Part shown: one piece after another, positions 41,257-51,887 of the stretch
Layout of the letters: the number at the start of each line of letters is the position of its first letter
How positions within the stretch are numbered: the stretch's first letter is position 1
Source of the DNA: an uncultured Gammaproteobacteria bacterium
GTDB lineage: Bacteria > Pseudomonadota > Gammaproteobacteria > GCA-001735895
NCBI GenBank assembly: GCA_964196225.1
Contig: CAXMSP010000009.1
Coordinates: 13,571-77,570, forward strand
DNA length: 64,000 nucleotides
Reading direction: 5' to 3'
Program-made: the position numbers and the translations under genes
The notes under the pieces: generated by a model
Database searches by the model: none
What the model was told of the DNA's origin: nothing
The model's input: the letters and a program-made list of their open reading frames with translations, nothing else

Positions 41257-41447
41257 GGGGTCCGCGAGTTGTTACTGTAATTAGGAATCGGACAATCATA
41301 AATCAATCTGGCCACAATGTTATGAAATCTGTTGGGGTAATCAATTAAAATTTTGAATACTGGAAAGCGGCGGGTCTGCGCTATGGCTCATCCTGTGAGC
41401 CGTCATTATTTTATAATCCTCTGGTTTCGCAAGATAATCCTGCTGTA

Positions 41448-44400
41448 ATGGCTTTAACCATCCTGAGCTCCAACCGAATCGAAACGCTGCAATCACGGCT
41501 AACGCAGCATCTTGCCGCCGAGCCATTGAGCGACCCCTTCGCGCACGAGGTAATCGTGGTTCCTACCTACGCGATGTCGCGTTGGCTGAATCTGCGTATC
41601 GCGCAACAACAGGGGATCGCGGCAAATATCCATTATCCCCAGGTGGGAAAATGGATATGGGAACTAGCCGGCCAGATACTGGAGGAATTGCCTCATCAAG
41701 ATCCCTATTCCAGGGACCTGCTTGGTTGGCAAATATTTGCTGCCTTGCCCGGACTGCTGAGTCAGGATGGGTTTGCATCATTGCGTTGGTATCTCGATGA
41801 CGACCAAAGCGGCATCAAGCGGTGGCAACTGGCGCAACGTATCGCGACCAGCTTCGACCATTACCAGGCTTATAGACCGGAGCTGATTCGTCATTGGTCG
41901 CATGGCAATGACAGCCAGTGGCAGGCCTTGCTGTGGCGGAAAATTGTTGCCACAAGGAAGCAGGCTCATCGGGTTGATGTTATGGGAAGCATCATCGACC
42001 GCCTCAACAGCAACCCCGTCGAAATCAATCTTCCCGAACGTATCAGCTTGTTCACGATGTCCAGTCTCGCACCCTTTGTCATCGAATTTATTAACGCCCT
42101 CGCGCGCAGAACTGAAATAATTCTCTATCAGCATAATCCCACGGACCAGTACTGGGCCGACCTGGTCAATGAAAAAGCAAAGGCGAGACGGCGCCTGCAA
42201 AGTCCTGCCGACGCGGAATATCTCGATTCGAGTAACAGTTTGCTGGCTTCCTGGGGCAGGCAGGGACAGGCGATGCAGGACTTATTGCTTGAACTGGGAT
42301 CGGTTACCGGTAGTGAAGTTGAAGATAATCAGCCCCCTGGTAAAGACAGTATCCTGCAATGTCTGCAAGCCAGCCTGTTTAATCTTGAAAAACCAGAGCC
42401 GGCAATAGCTATCGATGATTCAATCTCGGTTCAAATATGTCATAGCCCGATGCGGGAATGCCAGGTGTTACATGATCACCTGCTGATGTTGCTTGATCGA
42501 CATCCTGAACTGTCGAGCGAAGACATACTGGTTATGGTCCCCGAAATAAGTCGCTACGCACCTTACATCGAAGCAGTTTTTCAGCACGATACAGGCGACA
42601 AGCGCCCTGACCTGGCCTGGAATATTTCCGATATCAGCGTTAGTGACGCTCATCCACTGGTCAGGATTTTTCTGCAATTATTGAAACTACCCGGCAGCAG
42701 GTTCACCCGCTCCGAGGTCCTGGCCTTTCTCGAGTGTACCGAAATTCGAAATCGATTCGGTATTGATCAGCAAATGCTGGAGCAGATATATCCACTGCTT
42801 GAATCCAGCCGGGTACACTGGGGTATCGACGCAAATCAGCGACGAGCCCTCGGGCTGCCCGCAATTCACGAAAATACCTGGCAACAGGCCTGGGACCGGT
42901 TTTTTGCCGGCTACGCGATGATGGATGATGCCCTTTGGCATGGCATTGCACCGATCACTGAGATTGACACCGATGGTGGCGTTGCCATATCCCAGTTCAG
43001 GTATCTGTTTGAGCGCCTGACATACTGGCATGAAAAACTTGGAACTGCTGCGAGCGCGGAGGACTGGCAGCGGCGCTTGCATCAATTGATCGAGGAGTTC
43101 TTTTCCTCGCGAATTGTGACTGATGATTTGCTGCTATCGTTGCGTAACGCGATCAGTGAAATCGGTCAATCAGAATCTGTCGAATTAAGCCCTGCCCTGG
43201 TTTGCTACTGGATGGAAAAACAACTGGCGACAAATCAACAACCGGGCCGCCTCTATTCAGGAGGCATCACCTTTTGTGGTATGCAACCCATGCGTAACAT
43301 CCCGTTTCCGGTAATCTGTGTGCTGGGAATGCAGGACAACGCTTTTCCGCGCAGGGACCATCCCGCCGAGTTTGACCTGATGCGTCACGAATGGCGCCCG
43401 GGTGACCCACTCCGATCTGATGAAGACCGCTACCTGATGCTCGAAACCCTGTTGTGCGCACGGCGTTATCTTTATTTCAGTTATTGTGGGCGCAGTCTCA
43501 AAGATAATAGTGAATGTCAGCCTTCGGTGTTGCTGCGCGAGCTGCTCGATTACCTCGATACCAGCTTCGGAACCGATGACACTGGGCGTACAGCCAGTGA
43601 GCAGGTTTCGCGGACTCATCCGATGCAGGCCTTTTCTTCAAGAAACTTTGCGCCAGGCAATCCCGGTTACGACCAATACTGGTTTGACACGTCGCAACAT
43701 CTTGCAGCGAACAAACCACTTGATCGAATCAGGGCCTGGCCGAAGGAATCCCTTGCCTCCACCTTAAACCTGGATAGTGGGATCGATCTCGAAATGTTGA
43801 AGCGATTCTTCAGCCATCCAATTCGTTACTTCTTCGGCTCGAGGCTAGGTATCAGGATTACTGCCGAACCGGATTCCGACGACGAAGAAATTTTTACCCT
43901 GCAGGGATTACAGAAGTGGGAGCTTGCAGTACGCCTTGCGGATAACCAGTTAAACGGTCGTCAAAACGACGCCGCGAAATTTTCTGCGTTGGGTCTGCTG
44001 CCGCACGGCAGGGCCGCGCAAGTCGAATGGCTTGCAATTCAGTCAGAATACCGGGTTTTACTCGAGCAACTGGAGCGCTTTCGCGGCACGCAACCCGTTA
44101 CCAGGTCGGTCGAGTGCCGATTTGACAATGTGCCGCTGCTTTATGGAGAGGTAAACGCCTGCTATCCCGACACTGGATTGATGCACTTCAGCGCGAGTAA
44201 ATCCGTCAAAAGTAGAGCACTAATATCGCTTTGGCTTGATCACCTGGCTTTATCTGCGACGAACCAGATAGCCCGGCACGAATGCAGTCAATTGCTAATC
44301 CCGACCACACGGAGTCTTCGTTTTGAATATCTCGAGGCGCCCAGGGCCAAACAGATTCTGGCTAGCTATATCGCGCTGTTTCAACAAGGCCTTGAGCATC

Positions 44401-44651
44401 CTCTACCGGTGTTTCCTGACACCAGCTACGCCTTTGCATCACAGGCAGATCCTGAGACTGCGATGAGCAAGGCGCTCGCTTGTTGGAACGGGGGCCAATA
44501 CCGGAATGCGCCCCCTGGTGAATGTGAAGATGAGTTCATACGGCTGGCGTTGTACCAGAATACGACCAGGCCGCTCGAAGATCCACTGTTCCAGGATTGC
44601 GCTCGGCAAATCTATCTGCCAGCCATCAAGCACGGTGACAAAAGTGCCTGA
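41448..44651 (+). CDS. recC: exodeoxyribonuclease V gamma subunit
   Basis: 1067 aa with a RecC-type N-terminus (SNRIETL...) and overall architecture. Followed by overlapping recB and recD. Confidence 0.95.
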   Translation: MALTILSSNRIETLQSRLTQHLAAEPLSDPFAHEVIVVPTYAMSRWLNLRIAQQQGIAANIHYPQVGKWIWELAGQILEELPHQDPYSRDLLGWQIFAALPGLLSQDGFASLRWYLDDDQSGIKRWQLAQRIATSFDHYQAYRPELIRHWSHGNDSQWQALLWRKIVATRKQAHRVDVMGSIIDRLNSNPVEINLPERISLFTMSSLAPFVIEFINALARRTEIILYQHNPTDQYWADLVNEKAKARRRLQSPADAEYLDSSNSLLASWGRQGQAMQDLLLELGSVTGSEVEDNQPPGKDSILQCLQASLFNLEKPEPAIAIDDSISVQICHSPMRECQVLHDHLLMLLDRHPELSSEDILVMVPEISRYAPYIEAVFQHDTGDKRPDLAWNISDISVSDAHPLVRIFLQLLKLPGSRFTRSEVLAFLECTEIRNRFGIDQQMLEQIYPLLESSRVHWGIDANQRRALGLPAIHENTWQQAWDRFFAGYAMMDDALWHGIAPITEIDTDGGVAISQFRYLFERLTYWHEKLGTAASAEDWQRRLHQLIEEFFSSRIVTDDLLLSLRNAISEIGQSESVELSPALVCYWMEKQLATNQQPGRLYSGGITFCGMQPMRNIPFPVICVLGMQDNAFPRRDHPAEFDLMRHEWRPGDPLRSDEDRYLMLETLLCARRYLYFSYCGRSLKDNSECQPSVLLRELLDYLDTSFGTDDTGRTASEQVSRTHPMQAFSSRNFAPGNPGYDQYWFDTSQHLAANKPLDRIRAWPKESLASTLNLDSGIDLEMLKRFFSHPIRYFFGSRLGIRITAEPDSDDEEIFTLQGLQKWELAVRLADNQLNGRQNDAAKFSALGLLPHGRAAQVEWLAIQSEYRVLLEQLERFRGTQPVTRSVECRFDNVPLLYGEVNACYPDTGLMHFSASKSVKSRALISLWLDHLALSATNQIARHECSQLLIPTTRSLRFEYLEAPRAKQILASYIALFQQGLEHPLPVFPDTSYAFASQADPETAMSKALACWNGGQYRNAPPGECEDEFIRLALYQNTTRPLEDPLFQDCARQIYLPAIKHGDKSA

Positions 44652-47600
44652 AGCCTCAACCTCAGCTATTCTCGACGCCGAGGCGGTACTAGAGCTCGAT
44701 CTTGAAGGGTTCAAGCTCATCGAGGCCAGTGCCGGCACCGGTAAAACACACACTATCGCCGACCTGTACCTGAGGCATATTCTCGGTGGCCGACAGCCCT
44801 CACAGATTCTGATCGTTACCTATACCAACGCGGCAACCGAAGAATTGCGTGGTCGTATACGCAGACGACTCTATGAGGCGCTGGATTTACTCCAGCACTC
44901 CGCTACCTACGAGGACGATTTGCTGATGCTTTTGCTGAAACAGTCGCGAGACCTCGATGATGATTCGCGCACGGCTCAGATCATCCGCCTGCAGTTGGCA
45001 ATACGCAGCATGGACGAAGCATCAATCTCGACGATTCACAGCTTTTGCCAGCGCAGCCTGCAGCAAAACGCATTGTCCGGTAACCAGCTTTTTAACAGCG
45101 ACATGCTGACCAATGACGACTCGATCTGGGGATCCGCTATAAAAGACTGGTGGCGTAACCGGACTTATGAACTTGACAGTGATGGCTGGCAGTTGATTCA
45201 CGACAATTTACCGGATCTTGATGGCCTCATCGCGACCCTGCTCGAACTGCGAAATAAACCGTCTGCACGCATCATACCGGAAGCCCGGGTAAGCCTGGCT
45301 AAACTGATGGAACAACCACGCAAGATTGCCAGCTCACTTCACCGGCTGGCCCCGCTATGGTTAAAGTGCCGGTCAGATATTGTCGATGTAATTTCGAACT
45401 CGACGGCACTCAGTAGAGCCGTAAAACTACCCTATCACCCTCAAAACCTGCCGCTGCTGCTAGAATCCGCCGACAATTTTTTCAATGCCAGGGAACCAGG
45501 CAGCCTCTTCCATAATTTTCAGTTTTTGGGGATAGAGTTATTGCAGCAGAACTCGAAACCTAGCAAGCGAGGACAGGACCCAGGGCTGGAGCATGAATTT
45601 TTCAAGCAAATCAGCCCTGTCGCTGATGCCTGGCTTGAGTTTACCAGTGAACTTAGCCCGCAATTACGCGCCGATGCTTTTCATACTGCTTCCTTGCAGG
45701 TCATCGAGGCCAAACGTGAATTAACCGCACTCGCCTATCAGGACCAGCTTACGCTGCTGCTGGATGCGCTTGAATCGAGCACCGGGGAAGCGCTCGCCCA
45801 GAGCCTTCGGCAGCAGTATCCGGTAGCCATGATCGACGAATTTCAGGATACCGATTCTATCCAGTACAGAATTTTCAGTCATATCTACCTGTCTGCTGAT
45901 AACACCAGTCTGACCCTGATCGGTGACCCCAAGCAGGCGATCTACAGTTTCCGAGGCGGAGACATTTTCACCTATATGCAAGCCAGGCAATTGCCGCAGG
46001 TTGATTTATTCAGCTTGCAAACAAACTGGCGTTCCCAGCCAAACCTGGTGCACGCAATTAATACTCTTTTTTCGCATCGTCCCGACGCCTTCATTTACCG
46101 GGACTCAATCTTGTTTTCCCGGGTTGAATCAATCGCACAAAATACAGTTCATGAGCTTCGTCTCGAGGATCAGGGCGCTAGCGCAATGACATTGTGGCAA
46201 CTCCCCACAAATGAAAATCAGGAAAACTATTCGCGCCAGGCTATGCGAGACCTGATCAACCAGGCGGTTGCGTCCGAAATTAGCAGCTTACTCGATACAG
46301 CAGGCCGACAATCTGCGACCATTGACGGTCGACCCGTACAAAGCGGGGATATTGCGATCCTGGTGCGACAGGCCTCCGAGGGGCAAGCCTTGAGCCGGGT
46401 TCTGAATCGGCGCGGTATCCGCACCGTTACCATCGGCAGGGATTCGGTATATCAAAGCGACGAGGCCAGGGGCCTTTATGACTTGCTGTTGGCAATTTCC
46501 CAGTATCAGGACCAGGCACTCGCCAGGCGCTCATTGACAACCAGTCTTCTCAATCTCGATTACCGGCAAATTGCGGCGATTGTCGACAGTGATTCCGCGT
46601 GGCAATGCTGGTTAGAGGACCTGGGCGACTTGCAGCAACTCTGGGACCGGCAGGGATTTATAGCGATGTTCCAGTCTCTGCTGCATAAATTCGAGATCAC
46701 CCGATCCCTGGCACAAAAGGATAACCAGGAAAGGCGCATTACCAACTTGCTGCATCTGGCCGAGTTGCTGCAACAGCAATCCACGATCACCGCCGGGATG
46801 TCACCCATGATCAGCTGGTTTCATGACCAGTTTGAGGAAATCAGTATCGAGGATGCCGAGCTGCGCCTGGAAGACGATGAGGCCCTGGTCAAAATAGTAA
46901 CGATTCATAAATCCAAGGGTTTGCAATATCCGATCGTGTTTGTGCCCTTCCTTTGGTCCTGTAAACAGGTAGACCGGTCCAGGGCTGTCTATTTTCATGA
47001 TTCCGAACTGGTACCGTGCATCGACCTGGGTTCTCCCGAACTAGACATCAACTGGTTGATTGCAGAGAAAGAGCGCCTGGCGGAAGATATGCGCTTACTA
47101 TACGTCGCGCTTACGCGTGCGCGTTCCAAGGTTTACCTTGCCTGGGGCCTCGCCGGTGACCCCGGCAAACCAGGCTATGCAAACCAGACCGCTCTCGCGT
47201 ATTTACTCCATTCCAGACAAGTGCCGCCTGATCTGGAATCCGGAGCTCCAGACGGGTTTCCGGGTGATATGAACTTTGCGAGCGATCTGCAAAACCTGGT
47301 CGATAAGAGTGCCGAAACCATTGAACTGCTTCCCCTGCCACTTGAGACCGAAGCGTCAGGGCTTCGTCCTGACGTTGCGCAGCATCCGCCCGCCCAACTC
47401 GCCAAATTCTCGCGCACAAAATTGAACCAATGGCGTATCAACAGTTTTACCGGGCTGACGCGAGGCATACATCAACCGGGCAATACGGGAACTCTGGTGA
47501 GCCAGGGAGACTCTATCCTCGATTTCCCGGCCGGCAGTCATATTGGATTACTGATTCATTCGTTGCTCGAAAATCTCGATTTCCAGCAGGATACCGGTCA

Positions 47601-48243
47601 ACAGTGCGGGCAACTATTCCCGCGCTTTGTGCCCCGTTCCGGCTTGGCCGCCGAACACGAACAAACACTGGTTACGTGGCTGGAAAACGTTCAACTGGCG
47701 CCCCTCGACAATGCCGGCATGACATTAAGCGGTCTGGCTAACGAGCAAAGGCTCAACGAACTTTCATTCGACTTCGCGCTCGATCATCTTGATATCGAGG
47801 CACTGAATCAGTTTATGCAATCCCTGTCACCAGTGCCGCTGAAAGCCGTAAGTAGTCCAGAGTTTCGTGGTTTAATGACCGGCGTGATAGATCTTGTATT
47901 TGTACACCAGGGTCGCTATTACATTGCCGATTATAAAAGTAACTTCCTCGGCGCCAGCCTGGAAGACTATGGCCCAGAAAAACTTCAACTGGCAATGCTG
48001 GACCGACGCTATGATCTTCAATCTCTGCTTTATTCGGTCGCACTGCATCGATTTCTGCAACAGCGTCTAAACGACTATAACTTTGAGCAGCACTTTGGTG
48101 GGGCTTACTACCTGTTTTTACGTGCGATGAGGCCACAGCATGGCAACCGCTACGGGGTTCATTTTGATCGACCCGCAGAGCCGACCATTCAAGCACTCGA
48201 CCGGCTAATGAGCTTTACACCGCTGGAGTCGGTAAACGCATGA
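44644..48243 (+). CDS. recB: exodeoxyribonuclease V beta subunit (helicase/nuclease)
   Basis: Walker A ASAGTGKT, DEFQDT, and a C-terminal PD-(D/E)xK nuclease (GVIDLVF...DYKSN). A GTG at 44644 overlaps the recC stop by 8 nt and is preferred over the ORF start at 44506. Confidence 0.94.
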   Translation: MPEASTSAILDAEAVLELDLEGFKLIEASAGTGKTHTIADLYLRHILGGRQPSQILIVTYTNAATEELRGRIRRRLYEALDLLQHSATYEDDLLMLLLKQSRDLDDDSRTAQIIRLQLAIRSMDEASISTIHSFCQRSLQQNALSGNQLFNSDMLTNDDSIWGSAIKDWWRNRTYELDSDGWQLIHDNLPDLDGLIATLLELRNKPSARIIPEARVSLAKLMEQPRKIASSLHRLAPLWLKCRSDIVDVISNSTALSRAVKLPYHPQNLPLLLESADNFFNAREPGSLFHNFQFLGIELLQQNSKPSKRGQDPGLEHEFFKQISPVADAWLEFTSELSPQLRADAFHTASLQVIEAKRELTALAYQDQLTLLLDALESSTGEALAQSLRQQYPVAMIDEFQDTDSIQYRIFSHIYLSADNTSLTLIGDPKQAIYSFRGGDIFTYMQARQLPQVDLFSLQTNWRSQPNLVHAINTLFSHRPDAFIYRDSILFSRVESIAQNTVHELRLEDQGASAMTLWQLPTNENQENYSRQAMRDLINQAVASEISSLLDTAGRQSATIDGRPVQSGDIAILVRQASEGQALSRVLNRRGIRTVTIGRDSVYQSDEARGLYDLLLAISQYQDQALARRSLTTSLLNLDYRQIAAIVDSDSAWQCWLEDLGDLQQLWDRQGFIAMFQSLLHKFEITRSLAQKDNQERRITNLLHLAELLQQQSTITAGMSPMISWFHDQFEEISIEDAELRLEDDEALVKIVTIHKSKGLQYPIVFVPFLWSCKQVDRSRAVYFHDSELVPCIDLGSPELDINWLIAEKERLAEDMRLLYVALTRARSKVYLAWGLAGDPGKPGYANQTALAYLLHSRQVPPDLESGAPDGFPGDMNFASDLQNLVDKSAETIELLPLPLETEASGLRPDVAQHPPAQLAKFSRTKLNQWRINSFTGLTRGIHQPGNTGTLVSQGDSILDFPAGSHIGLLIHSLLENLDFQQDTGQQCGQLFPRFVPRSGLAAEHEQTLVTWLENVQLAPLDNAGMTLSGLANEQRLNELSFDFALDHLDIEALNQFMQSLSPVPLKAVSSPEFRGLMTGVIDLVFVHQGRYYIADYKSNFLGASLEDYGPEKLQLAMLDRRYDLQSLLYSVALHRFLQQRLNDYNFEQHFGGAYYLFLRAMRPQHGNRYGVHFDRPAEPTIQALDRLMSFTPLESVNA

Positions 48244-49991
48244 CAAACCTGTTATACAGCCTCGCTCGTAACGGCGATATCCATTGGTTGAGTTACTATT
48301 TTGCCGAATTTATCGCAAAACAGGCTCAAACCTCTAACGATGAATTGCCGGGTCTCAGTGCTGCACTGGTCAGTGAAGCCAATCTGGCGGGAAACGTTTG
48401 CATAGAACTTGGCGCTTACAGTATGCGCCCTCTTTTTAATTCCAGCCGAATCGATGCGGCAGAAATCCCAGTGGGCCTTGACTGCGCCGAATGGTGTGCC
48501 CGATTAAGAACAAGCCCCTGTATCGGCGGGCCCAATGAAAACGCCCCGCTAGTACTCGATGAAAATCGCCTGTACCTGAATCGCCTGTGGTTATACGAAG
48601 ATTTCGTTGCCGCGAAAATAAGGGCGCTGCTTGAACAGGAAGCCATTACCAACCAGTCAGAAATTATCGCCCAGGTCGATAAATTATTCCCGGCGTCAGA
48701 CGCGGCCGATCAGGATCAGAAAGACGCGGTCCTGGCTGCCGCGAGTAAACCCTTTAGTGTCATATCGGGTGGTCCGGGCAGCGGCAAGACATCGACAATT
48801 GTTCGTATCCTGGCGGTATTACTGGCACTGAATCCGAAATGTCGTATTGCCCTGGCCGCACCGACCGGAAAAGCCGCAGCGCGCATGATGGCTTCGATTC
48901 GTCAACGTGTCGATCAGATCGGTCTCGACAACAGCACAAAAATTACAATACCGGGCGACGCGACGACCATTCATCGATTACTCGGGTATCGTCGCAATGG
49001 CTTTAGTTACAACGAACTGCATCGACTACCGGTCGACTGCGTCGTAATTGATGAAGCCTCAATGATTGACCTCAAACTAATGTTTCACCTGCTTGCGGCG
49101 CTGCCAGAGCAGGCCCAGCTGATTTTACTGGGTGACCGTGATCAATTGGCATCAGTTGCAGCCGGAAATGTTCTCGGCGATATTACCGGTCACGGCCATG
49201 CGCTAGATATCGGCGCTACGGCAGTTGAGACTTCGATCGCGTTGCTGCGTAACAGCTACCGTTTTAATCGTGACAGCGCCATCAGTCAGATCGCGTCCCT
49301 GGTCAACCAGGGCCAGAGCGCCGCCGCCATCGAATTGTTGCGTAGCAACGACAAGGGACTGCATTGGTACGCAGAGGAATCGGATCAGATCCATACCGAG
49401 GCGCTTGCCTGGATATACAATGCTTACCAGCCTGTATTTGAGAGCGACGCACCGGCAGACGCACTCGAAATTTACGAAACCACCAGAGTGTTATGCGCTA
49501 CCAACCAGGGCTATTTCGGCGTCGAGTCTCTGAATCACCGAATTTCAAGTGCGCTGTTGGCGCACAACAATCTGCCCGAAACGAATTTATATAGCGGTCT
49601 TCCCATAATGATCACGCGCAACCACCATGAACTAGGCCTGTTTAACGGTGATACCGGTATCCTGTGGCAATTCGAAGATGGTCTGCGGGCCTGCTTTCGC
49701 GATTCTGGCGGGGGCATTCGTGATCTGGCGATAAATCGCCTGCCCGAATTCACGCCCGCCTGGGCCAGCACCGTGCATAAGTCCCAGGGATCCGAGTTTG
49801 ACTCGGTGTTGCTGATACTTCCATCGGACCCGGAATCGGGTGTACTGTCACGGGAGTTGCTCTATACCGCCATCACGCGAGCACGCCAGCGGTTTATTTT
49901 ACATGCTGCGAGTAGCGTTGTTGTCCGCGCCATCGAAAATCTTACCCGGCGCCATTCAGGCCTGGCTTATAAGCTGGGCTGGCCGGTTTAA
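48240..49991 (+). CDS. recD: exodeoxyribonuclease V alpha subunit
   Basis: 583-aa SF1 helicase with Walker A GGPGSGKT and VIDEASM. ATGA overlap with recB. Confidence 0.95.
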   Translation: MTNLLYSLARNGDIHWLSYYFAEFIAKQAQTSNDELPGLSAALVSEANLAGNVCIELGAYSMRPLFNSSRIDAAEIPVGLDCAEWCARLRTSPCIGGPNENAPLVLDENRLYLNRLWLYEDFVAAKIRALLEQEAITNQSEIIAQVDKLFPASDAADQDQKDAVLAAASKPFSVISGGPGSGKTSTIVRILAVLLALNPKCRIALAAPTGKAAARMMASIRQRVDQIGLDNSTKITIPGDATTIHRLLGYRRNGFSYNELHRLPVDCVVIDEASMIDLKLMFHLLAALPEQAQLILLGDRDQLASVAAGNVLGDITGHGHALDIGATAVETSIALLRNSYRFNRDSAISQIASLVNQGQSAAAIELLRSNDKGLHWYAEESDQIHTEALAWIYNAYQPVFESDAPADALEIYETTRVLCATNQGYFGVESLNHRISSALLAHNNLPETNLYSGLPIMITRNHHELGLFNGDTGILWQFEDGLRACFRDSGGGIRDLAINRLPEFTPAWASTVHKSQGSEFDSVLLILPSDPESGVLSRELLYTAITRARQRFILHAASSVVVRAIENLTRRHSGLAYKLGWPV

Positions 49992-50111
49992 GTTTCGTGG
50001 CCAGCTTGATTTAAGCGCGGTATGTACTAAAAAAGTAAGCATTATCAGAAAGGGGAAAACCGCACTTTTCGGTAACAAGGCTACCCTGCTGTTACCGACC
50101 TGCACTTCAAT

Positions 50112-51809
50112 ATGAGTAATATCGGCCTCGGCAAAGCCCTGATCGTCGACGACGAAAAAACCAATCGGCTAATTTTAAAGTCGCTGCTGAGCAAGCAGGG
50201 TTACCAAACCATTGAAGCCGTCAATGGACAGGAAGCAATCGACCTGTTCAATCAGGAAAATCCCAGTATCATTTTCATGGACGTGATGATGCCCGTGCTT
50301 GATGGTTACGAAGCGACACGTCAAATCAAGGCTGCCTCTGCGAACCGCTTTGTCCCGGTCATTTTCCTGACAGCGATGACCGATGAGGAAGCGCTCGCGC
50401 AGTGTATCGAGGCTGGTGGCGATGATTTCCTGATTAAGCCTTACGATAACATTATCCTGCAGAGTAAAATTCGCTCGATGCAGCGTATTGCCGCACTAAA
50501 TCGCGAAGTGCAAGGCATGTACAGCATGATTCACCGTGAACAGGAAATCGCTGAGTCCGTGTTCATTAATGCGATACAGAGCTCCAACATCGAGAATCCG
50601 TATCTGCGACAGGTCGTGCGCCCTGCCGGCATCTTCAGCGGTGACATGGTTTTATCCGCATACTCACCTTCACGAGACCTGTTTTTTCTGACCGGAGATT
50701 TCACCGGGCACGGACTGCTCGCCGCGCTCGGTGCGATGCCGGTGTCAGAGGTATTTCGTGCCATGACCACCAAGGGATTCAGCCCCGAAGAAATACTCAC
50801 CGGTATTAATAAGAAATTGAAGTCAATGCTGCCCGTCGGTATGTTCTTTGGTGCCCAACTGGTAGTCGTCAACCATGACCTCGAACATGTGCGCGTGTTC
50901 AATGCTGGTATGCCGGACGTAATAATCGTCGACGGAGAAACCAACCAGATCAAGCACCGCCTGACATCTACCGGTTTGCCCCTTGGTGTCGAGGCGATTA
51001 TTGATCCCAAGGAAATGCTGCAATATGCCCCGATCGCTTACAACGACAAGATATTGATGCATAGCGACGGCTTAACCGAAGCCCGCAATGGACTGGATCA
51101 GGAATTCGGCAGTGATCGCCTGGTAGCATCGATTTCAAGTGCGCCAAAAAACAGCATATTCGACCAGGTGTTCGATGATCTCGATCAGTTTTGTGGCGAT
51201 AACACCACCCAGGCCGACGACGTCACACTGGTCGAGATTACCTGCGTCCACGATGTATTGCCCGAAATAGAAGTGTATGACTACATCAAACCGTCGAAGT
51301 ACATGCTCGGTGATCGGGGTGAATGGAAACTGTCGATGCGTTTTAATGGGGCCAGACTACGCGAGACCAATCCGGTCCCGATTCTGGTTAACTACCTTAT
51401 GGAGATGGAAGAACTGGAAGCCGAGCGCCAATCATTATTCACGGTTATGACCGAACTTTATATAAACGCTCTCGATCATGGTGTACTCGGCCTTGATTCC
51501 AATCTAAAAACCGATCCGGCAGGCTTCGAGGCCTACTTTCAGACACGCGAAAGTCGACTTGCCAATCTCGACAGTGGCCATGTGATTTTTAATCTGTCAG
51601 TCGAGCAGGAGTCAAGCCGGCGCAGTATATTGCTTCGCATCGAAGACAGTGGTAAGGGTTTCGATTTCGAAAATCACAACCCGCCGCCCGACGAGGCAAC
51701 GGCTCTGAGCGGCCGCGGCCTACTGCTAATTCAGGATTTATGCGAATCGCTGGAATACCATGGTAAGGGTAATATCGCAATCGCCCGCTTCGGATGGAGC
51801 ACTAGCTAG
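50112..51809 (+). CDS. three-domain signalling protein: response-regulator receiver + PP2C/SpoIIE phosphatase + HATPase_c (RsbW-like anti-sigma kinase) domain
   Basis: 565 aa. REC: ALIVDDEKTN...FMDVMMPVLDG...K. PP2C/SpoIIE: SGDMV...TGDFTGHGLLAALGAM...HSDGLTEA. C-terminal ATPase: LYINALDHG...EDSGKGF...GRGLLLI. Confidence 0.85.
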   Translation: MSNIGLGKALIVDDEKTNRLILKSLLSKQGYQTIEAVNGQEAIDLFNQENPSIIFMDVMMPVLDGYEATRQIKAASANRFVPVIFLTAMTDEEALAQCIEAGGDDFLIKPYDNIILQSKIRSMQRIAALNREVQGMYSMIHREQEIAESVFINAIQSSNIENPYLRQVVRPAGIFSGDMVLSAYSPSRDLFFLTGDFTGHGLLAALGAMPVSEVFRAMTTKGFSPEEILTGINKKLKSMLPVGMFFGAQLVVVNHDLEHVRVFNAGMPDVIIVDGETNQIKHRLTSTGLPLGVEAIIDPKEMLQYAPIAYNDKILMHSDGLTEARNGLDQEFGSDRLVASISSAPKNSIFDQVFDDLDQFCGDNTTQADDVTLVEITCVHDVLPEIEVYDYIKPSKYMLGDRGEWKLSMRFNGARLRETNPVPILVNYLMEMEELEAERQSLFTVMTELYINALDHGVLGLDSNLKTDPAGFEAYFQTRESRLANLDSGHVIFNLSVEQESSRRSILLRIEDSGKGFDFENHNPPPDEATALSGRGLLLIQDLCESLEYHGKGNIAIARFGWSTS

Positions 51810-51819
51810 ACGGGGCTGG

Positions 51820-51864
51820 AGAGATCGTAGCGTTAAAACGGCAATTAGCCACCGATCTCTTTTT
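51820..51864 (+). terminator. possible intrinsic terminator after the REC-PP2C gene
   Basis: 8-bp stem agagatcg/cgatctct (51820-51827 / 51853-51860) followed by TTTT. The 25-nt loop is unusually large. Confidence 0.35.
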
Positions 51865-51887
51865 AAACAAACGAATTACTGTCAGAT

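Noticed and set aside
44506-44643. 46-codon N-terminal extension of the recB ORF
   Set aside because: It lies entirely inside recC in another frame and has no RecB-like sequence. A GTG at 44644 gives the usual short recC-recB overlap.
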